DNA of 45,889 bases from positions 1 through 45,889 of the forward strand of contig JAJDDZ010000044.1 in the NCBI GenBank assembly GCA_029260025.1, read 5' to 3'. Numbering within the stretch: the first letter of the stretch is position 1; each line of letters begins with the position of its first letter. Both the position numbers and the translations under genes were made by a program. Under the pieces are notes generated by a model that was given only the letters and a program-made list of their open reading frames with translations, ran no database searches and was not told where the DNA came from. Shown in pieces: positions 25,494 to 33,678 of this stretch. Source of the stretch: Phycisphaerae bacterium (lineage in GTDB: Bacteria; Planctomycetota; Phycisphaerae; UBA1845).

Positions 25494-27506
25494 TTGATTT
25501 ACCGACGACCAGCAAGTTCTAGATATGTGATGTGCGCGCTGGCGTGCACGCTTTGCGCCGACGCGTCTCCCATCTGGGCAGCCATCGCGGTCACGGGCGG
25601 GCAAAAAACCGCTGCAAACCAACCCGATACCCCAGGCGGATACTCCTCGCAGAGTATCGTTATCAAGCTAACCCGCGCCGCCCAAGACCGCGCGATCGCT
25701 CAGCAAAAAGCCCGTCGCCCAGCAGGAAAGGCAGCCAGTTCAAAAGGAATCAGGTCCGACTCTTTCCCGGGGATGGGCGACGCCGTTCGCACAGAGGCCG
25801 CCCGATGGAACGCATCAAAGATCACGCCCCTTGTGGATTGGGAGTTCGCAAATCCAGAGCTTGCTAGAAAGTTTGGTTTCGATCGACTTTATGTGGTTCA
25901 GTTCCCAAAGGAAACAGATACTCCGAACGCTGCAAGATCGTTGAGTGGCTGCAGCGACGACATCGAGGAGGCGTCGCTCGACGCCATGGGAACAATGGCG
26001 GATACCTTTCCCGATGACACGGAGTTTGATCGGTTGTGGGGTATGCTCAACACGGGGGTCAACACCGGGTCGTTTGGAGGTCTTCCCGGCGCGGACATCG
26101 ATGCCCCGGGAGCGTGGGACATACACACCGGAGTTGCGGGCGACGTGACCATCGCAATTATTGATAGCGGAATCGATGTCCACCAAGACTTGACCAACGT
26201 CATTCCGGGGTACAACTCGGATACGACTTCAAACTCGATCGTAACGCTCGATGATTGTGGCCACGGTACGCACGTCGCCGGAACCGCTGCTGCGACGGGA
26301 AACAACACCACAGGCGTCGTCGGCGTGTCATGGGGGGCGAAGCTCATGCCCATACGCGTAACCGCACCAGCTGCCGTCGCCCCATGCGCGTTTGCGGCGG
26401 GGTCTCTGACCGCCGGGATAATTTGGGCGGCAGACCACGGTGCAGATATCGCAAGTATGAGTCTTCAGCACGGTCCGCTATCCGAACTTCAACGCAGCAA
26501 CATGCAGTTTGCGATCGACTACGGGCGGAGCTTGGGAATGATCTCGATCGCCGCAACAGGGAACGACGATTCGTGTGCCTCTCTTGGTGGCGTATGCTAT
26601 CCTGCGCGTCTTCCAGGTTGCGTGGCTGTCGGTGCGACGACATTCACCGATTTGCCAGCGGGTTTCGCAAACAAGGGTGTCGAAATGGACGTTGCGGCAC
26701 CGGGCGACAACGTCTATTCCTCGGTTTGCTTCTCGGGGGGGGGGGTACCTACACCTTGTGTCGAGTACACATATAAGAGTGGCACTTCAATGGCGACGCC
26801 GCATGTGTCAGGTCTAGCGGCGCTTCTGAAATCGTATTCCAATGCCAACGCGCTCAACTTCAGCATCGACGATATCGAAGATATCATTACGACAACCATC
26901 GATGACAAATCCGTCCCCGGTTGGGACGACCAGGTTGGCTACGGACGCATCAACGCACACAAAGCGTTACTCGCCGCCCAAGTGTGGCCAACGATTCTTG
27001 CAAGTTCTCCCGCGAATGGTGAGATCGATGCTCGTCAGCATACCGACCGATTGGACACGATGGAGTTCGGAATAAGCTACGTTGACATGGACTTTCCACC
27101 AGAGGTGGCGTCTTTATTGACGGTTGACGACTTTTCTGTTTTGCAAAAGGGAGGCGCTTTCGTGCCACCAATCGTGACGGATGTGAGCCTTCTCGATACC
27201 GACACTGTTCGCGTGACCATCTCCGCCTCGATGGAACCGCTTGCGTGGACCACCGTCGCCCACCACGACACAGGGATTGTTCGGATTGGGTTTCTTCCGG
27301 GCGACGTCAATGCTGATCGGGTTGTCAGCAACGAGGACGCTCAGGCACTCGCGGATCACTTCCTCGGTGTGGGCGATCGGCTCACCGAGTTGTCAACCGA
27401 CCTAGATTGGTCCGGAGCGGTCACCCCGGCCGACTTTCTTACCCTCGTGAACCTGCTCCACGGAGCCGATCTCCACGAAGATGCCTCGGGGACGAATCTC
27501 CCATAG
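25494..27506 (+). CDS. S8 subtilisin-family serine protease with dockerin-like C-terminus
   Basis: Catalytic triad contexts 'AIIDSGID', 'HGTHVAGTAAA' and 'GTSMATPHVSG'. C-terminal 'GDVNADRVVSNEDAQAL' and 'DLDWSGAVTPADFLTLVNLL'. The start is TTG 25494 or ATG 25530. Confidence 0.9.
   Translation: MIYRRPASSRYVMCALACTLCADASPIWAAIAVTGGQKTAANQPDTPGGYSSQSIVIKLTRAAQDRAIAQQKARRPAGKAASSKGIRSDSFPGMGDAVRTEAARWNASKITPLVDWEFANPELARKFGFDRLYVVQFPKETDTPNAARSLSGCSDDIEEASLDAMGTMADTFPDDTEFDRLWGMLNTGVNTGSFGGLPGADIDAPGAWDIHTGVAGDVTIAIIDSGIDVHQDLTNVIPGYNSDTTSNSIVTLDDCGHGTHVAGTAAATGNNTTGVVGVSWGAKLMPIRVTAPAAVAPCAFAAGSLTAGIIWAADHGADIASMSLQHGPLSELQRSNMQFAIDYGRSLGMISIAATGNDDSCASLGGVCYPARLPGCVAVGATTFTDLPAGFANKGVEMDVAAPGDNVYSSVCFSGGGVPTPCVEYTYKSGTSMATPHVSGLAALLKSYSNANALNFSIDDIEDIITTTIDDKSVPGWDDQVGYGRINAHKALLAAQVWPTILASSPANGEIDARQHTDRLDTMEFGISYVDMDFPPEVASLLTVDDFSVLQKGGAFVPPIVTDVSLLDTDTVRVTISASMEPLAWTTVAHHDTGIVRIGFLPGDVNADRVVSNEDAQALADHFLGVGDRLTELSTDLDWSGAVTPADFLTLVNLLHGADLHEDASGTNLP
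26735..26745 (+). repeat. 11-nt poly-G homopolymer inside the S8 protease CDS
   Basis: Read directly as 'tctc ggggggggggg tacc', encoding S-G-G-G-V. It is the longest homopolymer I saw in the window. Confidence 0.9.
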
Positions 27507-27743
27507 CACGAACGTGTGCTGCTCGCTTCCCGCCTTCGTCTTTGCCGGAAATCTCGCAGAGTCAGTTCAGTTGGTCCTCTGTGGGGCACGCGATTCTACA
27601 TTCTCCCCTGGAAACGCGCAATTCTTTCCTCCCGTCTTTGATGAAACTGCCTGGTTCGTGTAAAAAGTGCGCCTCGGAGGTCGGCTGGGTCTTTGACTTA
27701 CCGGCTAGTTTTCTTCAACCAGAGTTATGACGAGGACGGATCG

Positions 27744-29294
27744 ATGCACACCACGTATAAGCCAGAACCTTACGTTGATTTTTCGCAGGAAGGCCCGCGT
27801 CAAGAGATGCGCGCAGCCCTCGAGCTTGTTCGCGGGCAGCTCGGGCAATCGTACCCCCTCTGGATCGGTGGAAAACCGATCACGTCCAACGAAACATTTA
27901 CTTCCACCAGTCCGGCAGACCCAGACCTTGTCATTGGCGTGATGTCCAAGGCGAACGCCGATCATGCGGACCAAGCTGTCTTGTCTGCGGCAGAAGCGTT
28001 CAAAGAGTGGGGTCGAACTGATCCCGATGTTCGCGCGCGAATCTTGATCAAAGGGGCAGCCATCATGCGCCGCCGCGTTTACGAGCTTTCTGCGTGGATG
28101 TGCTTCGAGGAGAGCAAGACATGGATCGAAGCATACGCGGATACATGTGAAGCGATTGACTTCTTGGATTTCTACGGTCGCGAGATGATGCGACTCGGCG
28201 GGTCGCAACCAATCACTCCGTTCGAGGGCGAAGAGAATGATTATCGATTTGTCCCGCTCGGTGTAGGTGTCGTGATTCCGCCGTGGAATTTTCCGCTGGC
28301 GATCGCAATCGGTATGACGACGGCGGGACTGGTTACTGGAAACGCGATCGTGCTGAAACCGGCGAGCGCGTCGCCGGTGATCGCCGCGAAATTCGTTGAG
28401 ATTCTCCACGAAGCGGGACTTCCAAAGACCGCCCTCAATTTCGTACCCGGGCCAGGCGGGACGGTTGGTGATGCGCTGGTATGTCATCCAAAGACTAGAT
28501 ACATCTCGTTTACTGGATCGCGCGAAGTCGGAATTGGAATCTTCGAGAAAGCGGCGAAAGTTCAGGAAGGTCAGATTTGGCTGAAGAGGACCGTACTGGA
28601 GATGGGCGGGAAAGACTGCATCGTCGTTGACGAGACGGCGGACCTTGACGAAGCAGCCGCTGGTGTTGTGGCGGCTGCGTTTGGTTTTCAGGGGCAGAAG
28701 TGCTCGGCGTGTAGTCGCTTGATTGCGCACGAAGAGATTTACGATGCGCTGATTGAGAAGGTAGTTGCGCGTGCGAAACTTCTGACCATCGGCGACACGA
28801 CGGGCAGCGAAAACCTCTCGATGGGTGCGGTCATCGATCAGAACGCCTACGACAAGATCCATGAATACATCGCGATCGGCAAGAGCGAAGGGAAGGTCGT
28901 TCTTGAAGGCGGGAAGGTGCCGGGGAAGGGCTACTTCGTTGCTCCGACGATCATTAAGGACATCGCTCCCGATGCGCGTCTTGCTCAGGAGGAAGTCTTC
29001 GGGCCCTTGCTTGCGATCATTAAGGCGAACGGTTTCGATGAGGCGCTTGATATTGCTAACGGGACTGAGTACGGATTGACGGGAGCTCTTTTCTCTAAGC
29101 ATCGATTTAGACTTGAGCGCGCACGGCAGGAGTTTCATGTTGGGAACTTGTATTTTAATCGTAAGTGTACTGGCGCTCTTGTTGACGTTCAGCCATTCGG
29201 CGGGTTCAACATGTCGGGGACGGATTCGAAGGCTGGCGGGCGTGATTACTTGCAGCTGTTTATGCAGGGTAAGTCGATTACGGAAAAGCTCTAG
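27744..29294 (+). CDS. pruA: L-glutamate gamma-semialdehyde (1-pyrroline-5-carboxylate) dehydrogenase
   Basis: ATG at 27744 ('MHTTYKPEPYVDFS'). Aldehyde dehydrogenase motifs 'LEMGGKD' and 'FGFQGQKCSACSR'. RocA/PruA-type N-terminus. Confidence 0.92.
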   Translation: MHTTYKPEPYVDFSQEGPRQEMRAALELVRGQLGQSYPLWIGGKPITSNETFTSTSPADPDLVIGVMSKANADHADQAVLSAAEAFKEWGRTDPDVRARILIKGAAIMRRRVYELSAWMCFEESKTWIEAYADTCEAIDFLDFYGREMMRLGGSQPITPFEGEENDYRFVPLGVGVVIPPWNFPLAIAIGMTTAGLVTGNAIVLKPASASPVIAAKFVEILHEAGLPKTALNFVPGPGGTVGDALVCHPKTRYISFTGSREVGIGIFEKAAKVQEGQIWLKRTVLEMGGKDCIVVDETADLDEAAAGVVAAAFGFQGQKCSACSRLIAHEEIYDALIEKVVARAKLLTIGDTTGSENLSMGAVIDQNAYDKIHEYIAIGKSEGKVVLEGGKVPGKGYFVAPTIIKDIAPDARLAQEEVFGPLLAIIKANGFDEALDIANGTEYGLTGALFSKHRFRLERARQEFHVGNLYFNRKCTGALVDVQPFGGFNMSGTDSKAGGRDYLQLFMQGKSITEKL

Positions 29295-29320
29295 GGTTGC
29301 CAATAAGTTGCCAGAAATAT

Positions 29321-29359
29321 AAATGCCGAGGTCTTGAGCTGTTCAAGACCTCGGCATTT
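29321..29359. terminator. bidirectional terminator hairpin between convergent genes
   Basis: Perfect 17-bp stem aaatgccgaggtcttga / tcaagacctcggcattt with a 5-nt loop. The stem begins AAA and is followed by a T run, so it can act in both directions. Confidence 0.85.
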
Positions 29360-29383
29360 TCTTATTGTCGATGACTTCTTCGT

Positions 29384-30004
29384 TTACTGTTCGTCGATTC
29401 GGACGCCGAAGAAGTCGAAGGTGTCATCGACGTTGGCCTCTTCGAAGCCTGGGAACGAGACGTTCGTCTTGATCGAGATCGCTCCGGTCATTCGATCGGG
29501 GTTGTCGGCGTCGAACGTTCCTGTTGCGTCGGCGTTACCGGTTGCAACTTCAAACCCAGCGGCGAAGGCTGCGAGTATTCCTGCGAAGGTGAATCCGGTT
29601 GCGTCGTTGGTTTCTGCGCCGAATGTTCCTGCGGTGTAACTCAAACCTTGCTGACTTGTTGCGTGGACTTCGCCATCGAAGAAGAGGGTGTCGCCGAAGA
29701 TTTCCGGGGCGAGGGTGTTGTCTTCGAAGGAGGTCAGGTTTCCTTCTGGGCCGAAGGAAACCGTTGCGAATCGGACGAAGCTGCCGCCGCCGAGATCTTG
29801 GTTGAATGTCCATGTTGAGTCTGCGAGCGAAGCTACGCCTGCCCCCAGGGTGACTTCCTGTGTGGTTCCGTCTGGGAGTTCCACGACGGTGGTTTCTGGG
29901 ATGGCGTTGGCGGCTGCGCCTCCGCAACCGGTGAAGATGCCAGCGCATAGAAATGAGAGACAAAGCGTGACACTCAAACGAAAGATTCGATTCTGCGAAG
30001 CCAT
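29384..30004 (-). CDS. hypothetical lipoprotein
   Basis: Signal plus lipobox 'LSFLCAGIFTGCGG'. The mature part is G/T/F/D-rich. I recognised no family. Confidence 0.6.
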   Translation of the reverse strand: MASQNRIFRLSVTLCLSFLCAGIFTGCGGAAANAIPETTVVELPDGTTQEVTLGAGVASLADSTWTFNQDLGGGSFVRFATVSFGPEGNLTSFEDNTLAPEIFGDTLFFDGEVHATSQQGLSYTAGTFGAETNDATGFTFAGILAAFAAGFEVATGNADATGTFDADNPDRMTGAISIKTNVSFPGFEEANVDDTFDFFGVRIDEQ

Positions 30005-30158
30005 ACTAACACCCCTGTGTTACGAGTTTATTTTTTCCACTTGCCCAAACAGCGACTGGTTCATCGGAACGCTTTTGGCGAGAGTGTCGCAAAAAACGCC
30101 GGGCGAGAGGACCGCTAATGGTAGGACTTGCGCGAGCTTCGCGGGATGTTATCGGGGG

Positions 30159-31388
30159 TCATAGGTTTTCGTAGTCGATGGCGGTCGGGTCCTCGATGGT
30201 TGGAAGGTTTCTGGGGATTGCTTCCAGGTACTTGTTTGCTGCTCCGGTGTTGAAGAGTACGACTCTGTCGCTTTTCTTGATTCGGTTATCGGCTGTTAGT
30301 TTTTCGATTGCCAGCGTGCAGGCGGCTGCTTCCGGGCAGATTGAGATGCCTTCTGTTCTTACGGCGTGCTGCATGGCGGGGACGATTTTATTTTCTTCGA
30401 CGGCGACTGCGTATCCGCCGCTTTCTTTGATGGCGTCCAGGATCATGAAGTCGCCGACGGCGCCGGGTACGCGGAGACCGCTTGCGCAGGTGGCTGCGTT
30501 TTCCCAGGGGGTTGCGAAGCGCTGCCCGGCGTCGAACGCGCGCGGTATTGGGGCGCAGCCATCGCTTTGGACGGCGACCATCTTTGGCATGGTGTCGGTC
30601 TGCAGCCAGCCTAGAGCTCGGAGTTCGTTGAACGCTTTCCACATTCCTATCAGGCCTGTGCCGCCGCCGGTGGGGTAGACGATGACGTCGGGCAGGTCGT
30701 AGCCGAACTGTTCTGCCAGCTCTAGGCCCATCGTTTTCTTGCCCTCGATTCGGTAGGGTTCTTTGAGGGTGGAGAGGTCGAACCAGTTCATTTTTTCGAT
30801 GCCGTTTTTGACGATCGCTCCGCAGTCGTTGATTAACCCGTTTACGAGGAAAGTTTTTGCGCCGGCGAGGGCGCACTCTGCCTGGTTAATGACTGGTGTG
30901 TCTTTTGGCATGAATACATAGGACTCCATGCCTGCTCTTGCTGCGTAGGCGGCCATCGCTCCTCCGGCGTTGCCAGCTGTTGGGATGGCGACGCGCTTAA
31001 CGCCGAAGTGATGGGCCATGGTGATCGCCATGCAGAGGCCGCGACTTTTGAAGGAACCGGTAGGTAGCTGAGACTCGTCTTTGATCCACAGGTGGGGGGT
31101 GCCGAGCATCTTGCCGAGTTTGGTGGCGGGGAGCATGGGGGTCATGCCCTCGCCGAGGGAGACGGGCATCGCACCCTGGGGGAGTGGGAGGAGTTCTCGG
31201 TATCGCCAGAGGGTTGGTTCTCTTTGGAAGATGATGGCAGGGGTTACGTCTTTTTTGATTGCTTCGAGGTCGTAGCGGACCCAGAGGGGTCGTCCTTCGT
31301 GGAGGGTCTGGATCTTGTTGTGGGGGAGCTTGGTGCCGTCGATAGCCGCTTCGAGGTGGGTGACGTAACAGGATTCGTGGCAGCTCAT
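30159..31388 (-). CDS. thrC: threonine synthase (PLP-dependent)
   Basis: ATG at 31388 with SD AAGGAA. Contains the 'PTGSFKSRG' PLP-lysine motif and 'AIPTAGNAGGAMAAYAARAG'. The upstream 102 codons of the track ORF are P/Q/T low-complexity and probably non-coding. Confidence 0.85.
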   Translation of the reverse strand: MSCHESCYVTHLEAAIDGTKLPHNKIQTLHEGRPLWVRYDLEAIKKDVTPAIIFQREPTLWRYRELLPLPQGAMPVSLGEGMTPMLPATKLGKMLGTPHLWIKDESQLPTGSFKSRGLCMAITMAHHFGVKRVAIPTAGNAGGAMAAYAARAGMESYVFMPKDTPVINQAECALAGAKTFLVNGLINDCGAIVKNGIEKMNWFDLSTLKEPYRIEGKKTMGLELAEQFGYDLPDVIVYPTGGGTGLIGMWKAFNELRALGWLQTDTMPKMVAVQSDGCAPIPRAFDAGQRFATPWENAATCASGLRVPGAVGDFMILDAIKESGGYAVAVEENKIVPAMQHAVRTEGISICPEAAACTLAIEKLTADNRIKKSDRVVLFNTGAANKYLEAIPRNLPTIEDPTAIDYENL

Positions 31389-31980
31389 ATTGTTTGGTTC
31401 CTTGGTTTTGGATGATTGTCTGGTCGGATGGTAGCTGTGAATCGTCCAAACGTCGAAAAGTCGAAATGTGCCAACCGAAGGCGGGGGGATTGCTGGGTTT
31501 TGGGTGCCCATCTTGATGGGAAAAATGGGTTGGGATGGGTTCGTTTTCGTGCGGATCGTTGATTGGGGTTCGCGAGGTTGGATAAATGGGTTTGTTTGTA
31601 TGTTTTTTGTTTCGGCGGGGGCAGGGGACATTTTGGGGTCGGTCCTTGCTTGGTCGGGGTCGTCTTGATTGTGGCTGCGTTGTTGGGGGTTCATTGTTTC
31701 TTGCTCGTTTTGGCGCGGAACTCCCGCGCTTGCTATGTTAATAACTTGAGGGGTGATCGGTTAAGGAGATTTCTTAATTGATCAGGTGGTTAGAGGTCGT
31801 GAGGGGGTAGAGAATCGATGGTTGATTGTTTGGGAAGGGTTTTCACGACAGGATATGGTAGTTCTTGGGCTATGAACGTCTTGCTAGGCCCGTTTCAAAA
31901 GCATACGATCCAAGCTTAGACAAGCGCTCGTGGCCGGGCGGTTTCAATTCATGAAGGTCTTAGTCAAGGAGTCGTTTTTG

Positions 31981-32700
31981 ATGAACACGAGAATTCCAAG
32001 TGGTGATCGAACGGTATCTAGGCGCGAGATGATTGGGGCGGCGGGATTGGGGCTCCTCGCGCTTCCGTCGGTCATGACCTCCGAAGCGATAGCTGGTCCT
32101 CCTAACGAGCCGGAGGAGCGGATCATCAAGACGACGGATCGAAACCTTGGCGAAATGCAATCGTTTGTGGATGACTGTATCGCGGCGAATAAGGAATCCG
32201 ATCCTCAGGCTGCGGTACAAGAAGTTTTGGCGCGGGGAGTGAGTGACCCGGCGAAGATGCTCAAGGCGGTTGGCGATCCGACTGAGGCGGGGCTGAAGGT
32301 TTTTCATCGCTCAAAGACGTTGACGATCTTTGCTGCGTCGTGGACGCCGCAAATGAACTTGATGCCGCACAACCATTTGATGTGGGCAGCGATTGGGATT
32401 TATACTGGCCGAGAGGATAATATTCTTTGGCAGAGGAGTGAGGGTGGGCTTGAGGCCAAAGATGTGCGATGCCTTTTTGCTGGGGATGTCGCGACCCTTA
32501 AGCCGAATGCGATTCACTCTGTGACTAATCCTCTCGAGCGTTTCACCGGAGGGGTTCACATTTATGGCGGCGATTTTTTCGCGACTGAGCGTAGTCAATG
32601 GGACCCGGAGTCGCTGGTCGAAGAGCCTTCAAACGGTGCGGTTATACGGGCGATCTTTGAGCGAGCGAACGAACGAATGCGTCGATCGCGAGGGCACTAG
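31981..32700 (+). CDS. Tat-signal cupin (double-stranded beta-helix metalloprotein family)
   Basis: ATG at 31981 with SD AAGGAG. Twin-arginine 'SRREMIGAAGLGLLALP'. Cupin His cluster 'MPHNHLMWAAIGIYTGREDN' and 'AIHSVTNP'. Confidence 0.65.
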   Translation: MNTRIPSGDRTVSRREMIGAAGLGLLALPSVMTSEAIAGPPNEPEERIIKTTDRNLGEMQSFVDDCIAANKESDPQAAVQEVLARGVSDPAKMLKAVGDPTEAGLKVFHRSKTLTIFAASWTPQMNLMPHNHLMWAAIGIYTGREDNILWQRSEGGLEAKDVRCLFAGDVATLKPNAIHSVTNPLERFTGGVHIYGGDFFATERSQWDPESLVEEPSNGAVIRAIFERANERMRRSRGH

Positions 32701-33102
32701 ATCGAGTGTCGGCTGATAGATTTCTTGAAGCGTTTGATATAGGGCTGGTTTGTATTGGCGGCTGCTACTTGCGAAGGCTGGTCTCTAAGAGGGACTTAAG
32801 GCGACTACGCATCACAGGGCGGTTTCGGAACTCGAACTTGCAGCGCCGAATAAATGCGTTGTTGGGGGAAGCTGTTGGGCGGTAGTTGGGAAAAGAGGTT
32901 GCTGATGGGGCTGCGGGGTATATTTGGTATGAGCGGACGGGGTTGGGGTGAGTGGCGCATGGGTGGTTGATGGTTTCGGCAGGTGAACCTTCCGCCTTGG
33001 GGCGGATGAACCACCGTGGCCTACGTGATTCGTTTCGGAACCTTGACCTTTGTGTTGGTTACAGGCCGGCGCCAAACTTTTTCGACGGGCTGCTTGCTCT
33101 TG

Positions 33103-33567
33103 TTAGTCTTTGCTGGGGGGCGGGTTGAGGGTGATGGGGTTGGCTGGTTTGCAGAGGGGGGCGTTAGGGCTCTTGTCGTTTGTTAGAAGGTCTGCGATTG
33201 TTGTCGAGGCAAACGATTTTTCCACCATTTCCGCGGCTTGGTCGAGTCTTTTGTGGAGGGGGCAGAGAGCTGCATTGTGAGCGGTGATGCCGAGGGGGCA
33301 CTTCTCGATTCGCTTGATGGGGTCGACTGTGTTGACGACTTGAAGGACGCTGATTTGATCGGGGTCTCTTGCCAGGGTGAATCCTCCTCCGAACCCTCGC
33401 TTTGAATTGACTATTCCGGCTCGCCGCAAGGTCTGGAGGACTTTTGGCAGGTAGCCCGATGGGACCTTTGTCATTTCGACGAGAATTGGGGTTACGACGG
33501 GTGCTCCGTCCCCCTGCGCGATGGCTACGACGGCCCTCAAAGCATACTCTGCAGTTGGAGAAATCAT
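33103..33567 (-). CDS. Rrf2-family transcriptional regulator (NsrR/IscR-like)
   Basis: ATG at 33567 with SD AAGGAGG. Contains 'AEYALRAVVAIA', wHTH 'SGYLPKVLQTLRRAGIVNSKRGFGGGFTLA' and the Cys/His region 'CPLGITAHNAALCPLH'. Divergent from the NO reductase gene. Confidence 0.88.
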   Translation of the reverse strand: MISPTAEYALRAVVAIAQGDGAPVVTPILVEMTKVPSGYLPKVLQTLRRAGIVNSKRGFGGGFTLARDPDQISVLQVVNTVDPIKRIEKCPLGITAHNAALCPLHKRLDQAAEMVEKSFASTTIADLLTNDKSPNAPLCKPANPITLNPPPSKD

Positions 33568-33590
33568 GATTCGCCTCCTTATTCGACTAT

Positions 33591-33656
33591 TTGGACCTTG
33601 ACATCCTGATTGTAGCCGCGATACTGGGTTACGGAATAGGATTAATGGGTCCAATT
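33591..33656. promoter_or_regulatory. imperfect inverted repeat in the Rrf2/qNor divergent region (candidate operator)
   Basis: Left arm TTGGACC-ttgac-ATCCT (33591-33607). The reverse complement of the right arm reads TTGGACC-catta-ATCCT (33640-33656). Confidence 0.3.
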
Positions 33657-33678
33657 AGTTTTTTTATGGAGTAGATCC

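Noticed and set aside
27705-29303. 532-aa minus-strand ORF co-extensive with pruA
   Set aside because: It is the exact codon-aligned reverse complement of the pruA frame (both triplet series start at coordinates divisible by 3). It stays open only because pruA uses no TTA, CTA or TCA codons. The translation is R/S/L-rich with no recognisable motifs, while the plus frame has unambiguous aldehyde-dehydrogenase motifs.
31389-31694. 102-codon N-terminal extension of thrC in the track ORF (30159..31694)
   Set aside because: The P/Q/T/N-rich low-complexity translation is typical of a C+A-rich, T-poor strand where stop codons are rare. A good SD (AAGGAA) precedes ATG 31388, and the resulting 409 aa is a normal threonine synthase length.
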